NCBI RefSeq assembly: GCF_022539665.2
Contig: NC_081331.1
Location: 6,820,001-6,884,000 of the forward strand
Direction of reading: 5' to 3'
From: Daphnia carinata
Taxonomy: Eukaryota
DNA: 64,000 nt
The notes under the pieces were generated by a model. The model had not been told where the DNA came from. It saw nothing but the letters and a program-made list of their open reading frames with translations, and searched no databases. Shown here piece by piece: positions 52,900 to 64,000 of the stretch (positions are counted from its first letter, which is position 1; each line of letters starts with the position of its first letter). A program made the translations under genes and the position numbers.

Positions 52900-52924
52900 A
52901 AAATAAAATAAAATAAAATAAAAT
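52900..52924. repeat. (AAAAT)5 microsatellite
   Basis: Read directly from the sequence. Confidence 0.85.
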
Positions 52925-55900
52925 AAAAATTCTGATTTACACCAGAATTACGTGCGTTTTTACGATGGCAATTCAAATGGCGTGTCGCATGTTGCAACAG
53001 CGCACGCACAATTCTGTTTTTTTGTGCGGTGAACAAAGTAAAGGCCTTTTTTTTTTCAGTCAACATGGTGCGACCACCCAGAATAATTCATTTTGCCATC
53101 AGCAAAATTACGAACAAAATGTTTCCAAGTGTTTCGTGATGTTTGCTATAATAGGCAAAAAAAAAAGACAAAGAAATGAAGTTCAGTCAACGTCACATAA
53201 ATGTTTCATACCTAGAGCCATTCGTGTGTACGATCTGTCTGGGCGGTTGTTTGTATAAATATATACATTATATACCTTCGATATCGAGTTAGAATAGAAC
53301 TGGAAGCTATACACCGATTTCCACACTGCCATAACTAAGTAATTGGTTATGGACCGTATTATCACAGGCACAAAAAGTATGTTCACGGCATCCCGCGGCA
53401 AACCGCTTTTTAAATAGGTTTTTATCGCCATGGGAGGTAAATCAATATCAGGAAGCTAAACTCCAGCAGGGGATTGGGTAAGAAAAAAAAAATAACTATG
53501 GCATTCCAATATACAAAAAAAAAAGAGAGACGGGTTATCGCCTTGAACGTATACACAGATGCCCACTTTGTTATTTCAACCCATTTCTTATACATAGTGG
53601 CTGTGTAATATTCACTTTTAGCGGGGACCTTCAAATCAGCGCAAAAAAGAAAGGCTTCAGGCAGATAATATAATTTTTACAAAAATAAAAAAAAGCTTCA
53701 CCCAAACATTTATTAGTTTTCTTTTTTCTATCTCTTATTGATTGATACAGACAATGGCCTTTGCTTGTAAAAAAAAATAAGAATAAAAAAAAAAAAGGCA
53801 AAACGGTGTCTTGCCCATGGGCGAGTTGTATAAGATAGCATGCTGGCCGACGGTAAAAAAAATAACTAAAATAAACAGTTCATTTTTTTTTTCTGTATTT
53901 TTCTAAACACTAAGACGAACTGAAGCGAAAACCGCATATGAACACCCGAAAACGTAAGGTATGCTTACTGGAACATATTTTTTTTGTGTGTTTTTGTTTT
54001 GTTTGTTAATTCTCTTTCCGGTGAAATAGCTCCCAACTATTTAGTAAATAGCTTTTTGGCCTCCCTTAGAAAAACACCTGCCTCAAGGGTTTGAAATCTG
54101 TTGATTATTTTAGGTTGTTTTCTTGTATTAGTTTTTTTTTTCTAAAGAAATTACGACGAGTGTAACATCCCAGCTAAACATTTCGTCGGTTGGTGCGTGT
54201 GTGTGTGTGTGTGTAGACACAGCCCTCTAATAGGCGAAAGAAACAAGCTGCCTCTGTGGTATACGTAACATGTCGCTCCCAGTTTTTATACTTGACACTT
54301 AATCGTGAGCCATCAGCGTCCTACCGGCACAATTGAAGCAGGGCATTTTTTTTTTTGTGTGTGTGCTTTATGACTTCCCATATTGTTGGACTGTAGTGTA
54401 CATTTAGTTAGTACGAAGGCGTGGTAGTCTTTCATGACGAACTACCTCTATGGTCTTTGCTTGCGTAACGTTTCGTGTTTGTACCACTTCTCACGACGGT
54501 TCCATGGGAAGACATGATCCCGCACCTAAAAACTGTACACAGAAATTCTTCTGTGTGTGTGTAAAACCTGACTAGCCCTTCGTCATAATAGATGCTGCAT
54601 ATCTTTGTTGCCTATTTTGGTTTTATGTTTTCGACACATTCATTCTTCCTTTTTTTTTCTATTTCCAATTCATTGAAGGTGTGAGAATTACTCAAATTCG
54701 ATAACGCTCGTCTGTAGCGCATCACAGATACATACCGTCATACGAAAGCAATTTTGAATACTCTGCATATCATTTAATCCATCTGCATTGCATAATATAA
54801 TTAATAGGATATATATTTTTATTTACAGACGTTTAAGACGCTCTCGATACTTAAATGATCTCACGTACGTTTTAATTTCAGAGTGGTTGTATTCCATAAT
54901 TTTCAGTTTTATTTCTTCTTCTCTTTCGATTGGTTCACTTTGACCGCCGTGTTGCGCAAAAACAATCTAGTGGTGTCGTGAATAGAAGAAAGGATATTTT
55001 GGAGATGGGAATCCTTTCCATTGTTTTGTTTTTTTATCCTTCGTTTTATTGGTGTCGGTATATATTTTATCATTGTAAACCGGTTTGTACGCGATTATTG
55101 TCAATCAACTACATCACGAATTCTAGTTGAGAAATGATAGCGCCTTCACCGTAGGTACTGAAACAAAGGACAACCATTATCGTCGGTGTATAACAAATGA
55201 TTTGATAAAACCATAACATGAAAAAAAAAATATGAGAATTTCATTCATTTCCGGACATTTCGTCAAACATTCGTTTGTTTTTCTCTTTTCTTTCGCCTCG
55301 TAAACACCCGAAATTATAAAATCGAGCGGATCTTTCTTGTTCGCTTTCTTTTTATGTTAATTACTTGCATACCTTTTATCATCGACCTATACACTTTTTT
55401 GAGGTTTTTCTTTTCTGTTGTTGTTGTTTTTTTTTTACCATCGTTTTATTACCTATATATAATGTTGGAATTCTCAATGAGAGTTTTTGCTTCCTGATAA
55501 TAAATCAGTGGCAGAGCTTCTGGTTTCGAATTCTCCTCGTCTTCATGACAAATCGGAATGTTCATCACCTTTCGCGATCCCATGTTATTTTACGGTTAAG
55601 GCCTATCTACATATACAGAAATAAATCGACTTGCTTTTATCCTATATTATATACAATTTCTTTCGGTCGACAGATTACCGCAGCCATCGCGCTTGGAGTG
55701 AGACGGATGTGCGCCTTTTTTTTTTCTTTGTGTTATCTATACGAGATGCAGCTACTTGCATCTGACACATCCATCACACCCGCGCTCTCATCGGGCATTC
55801 GAGCTCCTGAAGGATTACGCTGGCAGTAGCTCGAACTTTGAACTAGCTGTCGCCCATTTCGATTGTTTTGGGAGAGAAAACCTGTGAGCGAGCCAGGCAT

Positions 55901-58900
55901 CATGAATGGATTTTGAGAGAAAATTGACTCTCAGCCTTGTTGGGGTTCCATCCATTTCTGTTCCACAAGAAAAACCAAAAAAAAGGAAGGAAAAAAAACT
56001 GTGGGAGCATGTCTGCATGCATAATCTTCTAATTCAAATTCAACTGTTTTGCCTCCAGAGGGAAATAAAGGGACCAACCAACCGAGCTGAGCGAGGGTCA
56101 GCTCTCAGCTGAGAGGGAGCTAAACGTTGTGTCTAGTGTATAAAGTAGCAGCAACCGCAGCTACCACCAACCGCGGCAGGTAGATAAGAACGAAGAAGTG
56201 AGGATAGATGAAGATGAGGGAAAGAAGTTAGGAGTTCTTCGTCTGTTTATGTGTAGGCCGGTTGCTGCTGTCTATTTCATTAGGCTGATGGACAGTTTCA
56301 ATTTATTTCATGACTGCTCATGTCCCTCCCCTTAAGCAGTGCTGACACACTAACAGACTGAACGCTTTGTTAGCAACTGCCAGGTACCACCACGATGGAT
56401 TGATCCAATCATTTTTTCATTTCTCTCCGTTTACCCATTTCAGTTTCAAATAAACATTCCTCTGCATTTTTTTCTCGCTTCTCTTTTTTTTTTGGTGCGT
56501 GACTCGTTTTCCCTTTTCGTATTTCTGAATCAATTTGTGATTTTTCTTTCAACTTGTCGTGCACGAAAGCCTTTTTTTATACCTCACCCTGGTAGAGTGA
56601 ATCGTGAAAGACCAAGAAGGGTTTTCGTTTTCGTTATTTTTTTTTTTTTTAGTTTATTTTTCTTGACCCGGAAAATAAAACAACTATCCCCATAAATAAT
56701 AAACTGGAAAACGCTTCAACTGATTGGATATTTATTGCAAATGAATTATTCATTTTCAGGAGAAGGGAAACACAAGGTCACACAGTTCGCCTCTTCAACG
56801 TAGTTATACACTCACTGGAACACACACACAAAAATGGCTTTTGAAATATATATGGACTAGGCCTCTTCTGCTGCAGGCTTTTAGTCATCCTGTAAAAACC
56901 AAATAAGATCTATGTCTATACGTACGTAAATTAGGGTGGGCTGCCACCAGTCCCACGCTCACCTTTTCTGCATCTGATTTACAGGAACAAGGAGAAATCG
57001 TAATGCGTCCACAATTTTATGCATGATTTTGCATCACGCATGAAGATTCCATATAATCAATAGCACCGCATCTATGAACAGCCAATAATTTCATAGGCAT
57101 TGACTTTCTTTCGTAATTATGTGAGGCACCAACAATAGCAGATGGATGTGTACATATGCCAAGGGTGGATTAATTACGAATTTCTTTGATTGGACGCTGC
57201 TAGCTTATCTAATAACGAATACCACCTAATGGAATAATTACGTATGCAAAACGTATAAATATAATAGGAAAGCTGGTGGTATGTACAAGAAGGCAGGCTA
57301 TATGTCAACTTGGATTGCCTCTTGTTTTTTTTTGTTTTTGTTTTTTGCTAGTCAACGTATATGTGAACGTGCACAACAGCAAGTTGAATACGAGTTTTGA
57401 TGATTTATGATGGATCGATGTGCTATAGTAGTAGCCAGCTGGATTTAACACATGTTATAATCTGGTAGTCTCTCTCTCTCTCTCCTTTTTTTTCCTCGTA
57501 TAGACCACACCAGTCATGTTAAATAATGCTGAGCCATAGCCAAACGCAATCTCCATTTTTGTTTTTGTTGTTTTCTGTTTTGTTCGTAATTATTTCGTAT
57601 TATTGAACTGCCGTGTGTGTGTGATGGTGGATGCGTCTATACGCACCACAAGGCTCGAGTGTATTATATATAGTTATTCATATGCGGTGTGTGGGCTCGG
57701 CGCATCACAGTAAAGCCCGGGACGGACGCCTCCTCTATATGATTGGTTCGGTAGTTGGGTGGCAAGATTTGGATGGGAGCCCATAGCCCAAGCAAGATGG
57801 ATGAAGATTGCAGGATACGAACATCTTACCATATTCTAACATCACCTCCACATCAGGCAACGCTTTATCTAGTAGAATAATCAGGTCTGTCAGGAGAGAT
57901 TGCACGGCAGATTACCATCCGTGGTTCTCATTCCACGCCTTCCTTTCCTACTGTTCTTTTTTCCTTTTCTAATTCTGTTTCCACTGTTCTCCTGTATGTG
58001 TCTGTGTGGTTGTGATGCCAAGTCGTCACGCCGTTGAGAATTTCATATTCTTTCAAACACGAGACCTTAATGAACACGAATAGGGATGTTGGCATCGGAT
58101 GTGTTGACTATGGAACAATTGCGTAGCTCTTCCAATGGCATTTAGCTACCTGAAAAATAAAAAAGCAATTCGAAAAATTGAAATATACGTTCGCCTAAAG
58201 GCAAGCGTGGCTTTTCCAGCTGATTGATTGTGAATTGATGGAAATTCACAGTCAACAGTGATTCATGTGTAAACTATTTCCGTACGTCCAAAATGCTAAA
58301 AAACAATAGTTAAAAATAAAACAATGTCGTGATTCAGAAACAATTCGTTTTTGTAATGACCTAAAAATAAGCGCAGAAAAAATGTATTAAAAAAAAAAAT
58401 TACTGAACAATGGAATTACACTGTAACTTGGTTGAGCAATTTTCTTTACGTTATTAGCCGGCAGTAAAGTAAAAAAAAAAAAAAAAAGGTATTTATTGAA
58501 TTATATAGCAACGATTTGACCTGGGCGCATGTAATAAAGAATTACTATGGCACTGGTAAGCGCAGCTCGTTAAGAATATTATTATCAAACAATTTTGTGA
58601 TGGCATTAGAGCAACTAAATAGTTAGTTTACGATTCGTGCAACGCCGAGTGGCTTGCTGACGTAATTCACTTGGTTAACTAAATAATACTTTCACTAACC
58701 TTTCAAGGAACAAAAATAAAAAAGGGCCACCAAAAATTGTGCTGCCCACCCGTGCGTTTCCTACATAGCCGTGAGCTTGGCATTCCGTTATAATTTGCAG
58801 AGGAACAATAAATAGACGAACTGCTGTTCCAAACGACGTAATTGTCCCTGGAAAATAACGAAAAAGAAAATCATAATTTCGACCTGACTGGCGAGAATAG

Positions 58901-61900
58901 AACAAAAGGACAGTTAGGAAAAATGTATTTCTTCTTTCTTCGTCTTCGATGTCTGTCCAATTTGCTTCGTTCAAATAAAAAATCGTATAGTTTCCATTGA
59001 TTCTACTAATTAGACAACAGCACCAGTTGAGGCGAACTTTCTGCTACTTACACGAATCGTTCCAATAATTTCTGTTTTAAATGCCTCCGTTTTCTGTTTT
59101 ATTTGTATCCCGTGAGTCATCAACTCGACTAGCCCTTATGTTATTTTTTTCCGAAAAGGCGTCCGAAAGATTACAAACTAAACTCTCACATATTGCTACC
59201 AATCACGAAATAGCTCTTCATATTTTTGTTTGGGCTCTTTCTGTACGACACAATACGTTGACGCCGGCAATTAGTTCGGTACAATGGTGGGTATGGAGTA
59301 TGCCTGTTCGAACTAACCCCTGTATAAGAGCTAATCGTAGTTATAATGATTCAACACACAGTCTTTGTTACAGCTGTAACACATTTTTTTTCTAAAACCC
59401 AAATGTAACGACCAAATGGGCGCCAATAGCTTTTTTTCACTTCCGTCGGCATTCGGGAGTCCATTTTCAAATGGTCAGACATTATGTTATCAATTTGAAA
59501 AAAAAAAAGTTCTTAGTGAATTAGAGTGAACATCTATAGATTCTATTCTAAGCACTCGAGAAAAAAAAAAAAAAACGAATTATTGGAGCGTTTCGTTTTG
59601 TCCTGGGTGATGAAAGATATCGGTGTCCTAATGCTTCTTGTGCTATGGGCACATATGGCCATCAGCCCGGTCTGAAAAAGGGGAGAAGAAAGCAAAACAA
59701 CCATAAGTTGCTCTTTGTAAGCAAATGTATTTTTTTTTTGTTTCTATCAAACTCGTGCCTTTTGTTAGGTGAAGCTCTCAGAATCACTCAAGCGGATGAA
59801 ACATCCTAATGGCGCCTGGAAGGCTTGGAATTTTTCAAAAAAGCTAAAGCGCTCTCTATCAGCAAGTGATAGCCGAAAGTGAAGGTAATGAAGTCAGATA
59901 AGGGCCACTTCGAAATGCATGTGTATTATATTCCCCCGCTTCAATGTGTGTATGCATGTGTATGTGTACAAATGGCCGGTGTGTACATTCGTTTAAATTT
60001 GTTTTCAGCTTTCGCTTATTACAAACAGTTATTACGTACACGTAAGCTATATAGCAGCTGTTTGAAAGATAGATCAGCCAAAGTGTTATTGATTTAGATA
60101 AAGTCTGCAAGCCACTCGCCAAAATCTCGAAGACGAGACCGACGTGCTCGAGGTGGTAAAAAGGATGGAAACACCATTTTTCAATTAGAATCACCTATCG
60201 GCGCTGTCTTCTCTTTATATGTTCATATAATTCTAACAGATTAAAAGACTAAATCACAGCATTTTTTCTTTTTCGTTATTCCACTTTAATAGCTTCGCAC
60301 TTAGAAAGGCATAACCCCCCCCCCCAAAAAAAAAAAAAAAAAGAAAAGAAAACGAAATACGAGCATTTTAAACAAGAATGCAATCGCGTATAGATGTCCT
60401 AATATGCCTCGAACAATAACGCACAATGTAATTTAAACCCTATGAACAGGAACCGTCAACACTGATCGTTCATCACTTGGAACATGCCACGTGCCCTATT
60501 ATAACCACCTTGCTCTTATATATATATATATAGATACGTGCGCTCGTTTTTTTTCTTCTTATACGGTTAAGAAGAGCAGGTAAACTCTGTAAAATGTAGC
60601 CAGAATGCCCTCACATAATCCTCATTCTTCAGCCCCCATTTTTTTTTTGGCTCATCTATTCTCTACCTTTTTTTTGCTGCCCTTTCTATTTTTCTTCCGA
60701 ATCGAAATTTCCAATTACCACATCCAATGGGTTGGTGGATTGCAGTGGTCAAATTAACAATCAATCAACTCTAAAAAAAAAAATGAAGCATCCAGCAGGC
60801 TCGTGCATTCCCAAGAGCTATATATTTTTTTTCTGTTTTGTTTTAACACTCGCTTTGTATTCTTTGAAAGCGGGTTCGTTTCATCATCGCTTTTCTCCTT
60901 TCCCCCCCCCCCCCCCCGTTTATCACAGTGTGATCTTTCTTTCTGGCAGCAGCTCCACGATTTATTCTTCTTAATGCAGAAAAAAGCAAAAAAACAGAGA
61001 TGATTTTCAACGTCAAATGTTGTTATCTTTTGTCTTTGTGTACATCGCCATGAAATTGCGCACAATAAAGATTTGTATCAAATATAGGGAAACGCATGGC
61101 GGAATTATTAATTCATCACGATGCGTGCGCTTATCAAGCAAACACTGTCACCTGACGAGTAATCCATGAGAATGTTTTTGCATAGTCCAGCAAAAACAAC
61201 AAAAATGAAATCCCCCTTTTTTTTTTTTAAACCAGAATTTGAAATAGCTAAATAGAACGGGTTTTTGTCAAGCTCCCGAATTGTTCAATTTCTTATGTAA
61301 CGCTTGTGCTCAATGTACTCGTCTGCAACGCGATGCCAAACGAATTCGGACTAGCGTTTTGAGCCAGACCAAAAGAAAAAAAAAACCATATAACAAGATA
61401 GACAAGACACGAAAAAGAGGGCATATATAAACTTAATAAAACAGATATACTTTCCTGAAGCAAAAAAAAACCCCCAAAACTCTGCGCAAACTCTTCCCCC
61501 CCTGTGGAGTGACAAAGCGAGCGGCAATCGGTATAATGAAAAGAGAGAGAGAGCTTTCCGACTTGACTAAAGCAACGAGATGATTGAAGTAAAGATTTTA
61601 TTTTTTATTTTTTATTTTTAAAGGGGAAATTGGAAGAGGAAGAACAAAATAAAAAAAAAAACTCGACCTGGAAATACGACCGCATGCTGTGAGCGAATTG
61701 CGAGGGACCTCCGTATCGCATATCACAACAAACCAGTGCAGTAATGAAACTTGAACGTTGTGGATGAAAGAGGATTATTACCTTAAGCTCACCCCCTCCC
61801 TCCTCTAAATATCGATTACAATGTATATTAGGGGGAGGGGGAGACTTGTAACACTTGAAGAATGCCAATTCGTTTTAAGTTATAAAGATCCTAAACATAC

Positions 61901-62498
61901 GAATGATTTCATGAATTTATTTTGCATAATGATTATTGCAGAAAAAGAGATTTCCAGATATTTTCTTTTAAATAAAACAATCAATTAAACAATCGCTCAA
62001 CATGAAAACAAGAAAAAAACAAAAAAAAAATGAGCGCAAAACCGGTCGCAATTAAGGAACATGGTTAATTAATTATTCAGAGATCTGATGGCTGATGTCG
62101 CAACATTGGACTGCTCGTGTCTGGCATCGCAACTTTGGTACGGAACGGCGAAACATTCTTCAAGGTACAGATAAAATGATAATTAATTGTCAACTGCTAG
62201 GAGCTGTCGCACTAAATTCAATTAAAAACAAAAATCATTTAGCTACACAAGGGGTGGGGTTAAAAAAAAAAGAACGTGAAAATCAAACGAGTTGGTGACA
62301 GCATGGTATGAGGAAGTCAGTGCGAAACAAAGGTAGACAAAGAGGAGCAATAAAATTAATAAAAGCAAAGACAAGAGGAAAAGCTGACAACAACCAAAAG
62401 GCGAAAATAAAAGAGAAACAAAAAGAAGATAAAAACAAAACAAAACAAAAGTCGAATAGAAAACGGAAAGGCGAAGATGGAAGAAGGAAAGAGAAGAA

Positions 62499-62522
<24 letters not shown>
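62499..62522. repeat. (AG)12 microsatellite, probably within the aristaless 3'UTR
   Basis: Read directly from the sequence. Confidence 0.9.
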
Positions 62523-62530
<8 letters not shown>

Positions 62531-63700
62531 GGCGCCGCTTCCATATAATCCCAGACTTTGATAAGGTGAAACGACCGAAACCGGACTTGGCTCAGCATCA
62601 GCAGACAAATCCCCGCCGACAAGTGCATGCATCTGCGCCTTATTTCATGCAGTGATGCAGACAAACAGACCTCTCGGAGGCGGGCGTGCGCGCCGTACTT
62701 TTTTTCGTCTCTTCACTCAGAGCTCTTCCACTCAAGTCCTCTCCCCATTCTATATCAGATCTCCTCTGCGCTGCAGACTTCCCATCCTTATTTCATAATT
62801 GCATTTCCTCGTTCAAATAATCGAACGACCAGGATGCATAAAATACAACTCGATTACACACATGTCAGCGAAAAGAAAACACGCGCAGACATAAACCAAA
62901 AAACAGAAAGAATAAAAAATTTTAAAATAAAAATAGATAAATTGAATTTTTAACGTGTTGTGTGCGCGCGGACACGACGCCTAGCTGTTCCATCAACCCC
63001 TTTCCGCGTCACTTTTAAAAAGTGAATGTGAACGAACGCGGGTGTTGATGTTCTATACGTTTCTCTTTCTTTCAAGCGTAGCACCTGGAGCTTCGTTCTC
63101 TTCTTTAATTGAGGCAATCAACTCATCGACAAAGTGGCCATTTACCGTTCGCTTTCGAAAAATAAGAAAAAAAACAAAATGTATTGAGAGAAACGTTTAT
63201 CAAAAGGAACATGAGTGGCGAGCAGGAAACGATGACATAACTTTGAAGAGAAACAAAAAAAATAGAGGAAAGCGCTGCAGCGATTCTAATGCTAATATTC
63301 ATGTGAAATAAGGTTCTTAATCGTTAATAGCTCGCCATCTGAATCTGAAATCGGCAAAGGAGACAAAACACAAAACAAAATCCAATGTACAAGAAGAACA
63401 CGCGGAAATCGGAAGGAGACACGCAATCCAATACAAATTAGTTTCAATTCAAAGAGATAAAAAAAAATAAAAAATAAAAATAGATAAACCAAAAAGCGTA
63501 ATTTTTTTGTTTGTTTAGTTTTGAGCTAAATTATAATTTTTTTCAAAAAGGGAAATACTTTAATGGGAAAAATGGAAATGAAAAAAAAAATGAAATTGTG
63601 AGCAAATTGGCTTTAGGCGATGCGCAGCTCGTGTCAAGAAGGCGATTTTTTCGCAAAAGGCTTCCCCCCATAAATAATTATTGCGTGTGTGTGTGCGTCT

Positions 63701-63970
63701 TCAGCTGAGCAAATCGGTCCCGCTCTTCCGCATCATCTCAATGCGGAGTTCATGCTCCCGGGCTTTCAAACGCAAAGCGGCTATACTGGAGGCTCTGCGA
63801 TCCAACTCACCACCCAAAGGAGAGCTAGCTGCTGGGGGCAGTTCACCATTACCGACGCCACCGCTGCTGTTGCCACAAGCGCTGATACTTTGAGGAACGG
63901 GAGAGCAGCTACTGGCCGGAGCACTCGAAGGGCTAACGGAAGGCGCCGCACCTGGTTGCGCAACCTGTGG
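63701..63970 (-). CDS. al: Aristaless-type paired-class homeobox protein, terminal coding exon with OAR domain; the homeobox lies beyond the right edge
   Basis: Pyrimidine tract plus CAG acceptor (exon start 63970 or 63964); DRRASSIAALRLKAREHELRIEMMR is the OAR motif with the HEL-x-x-E extension typical of arthropod Aristaless; TGA at 63703-63701. Confidence 0.85.
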   Translation of the reverse strand, partial: PQVAQPGAAPSVSPSSAPASSCSPVPQSISACGNSSGGVGNGELPPAASSPLGGELDRRASSIAALRLKAREHELRIEMMRKSGTDLLS

Positions 63971-64000
63971 CTGTTTGAAGAGAAGGAAAAACACATGAAT

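Noticed and set aside
58546..58558. 13-nt match to the 5' end of miR-183/263-family sequence (TATGGCACTGGTA)
   Set aside because: The remainder diverges and there is no complementary arm to form a hairpin

Overview
Eukaryotic, intron-containing arthropod DNA. Short 65-90 nt introns, dense poly(A)/poly(T) tracts and Q/H-rich proteins suggest a branchiopod crustacean such as Daphnia; this is an inference. Five protein-coding loci are supported. (1) A Tbx20/H15/midline-class T-box gene on the minus strand; its first three coding exons lie at 1757-635 and the rest is off the left edge. (2) A complete six-exon paralog on the plus strand (20470-27770, 721 aa), arranged head-to-head with the first across an 18.7 kb spacer. 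(3) A two-exon KIAA1143/DUF4604 homolog (minus, 43346-42784, 156 aa). (4) An uncharacterised four-exon gene divergent from it (plus, 43829-45157, about 377 aa), whose N-terminus resembles the NRF1/Erect-wing (MADS-like) basic-dimerisation module and whose 3' end looks degenerate. (5) The last coding exon of an aristaless-type paired-class homeobox gene with an OAR motif (minus, about 63970-63701). The rest is mostly non-coding regulatory-type DNA with microsatellites. The most notable observations are the NRF1/MADS-like orphan gene, a 60-aa polyQ/His insertion inside the T-box of paralog B, near-identical T-box DNA between otherwise unalignable paralogs, and CTCF-like cores confined to the inter-paralog spacer. 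No tRNA, rRNA, CRISPR array or intact transposon was recognised. All alignments and motif scans were done by eye, and reference protein sequences were recalled from memory.
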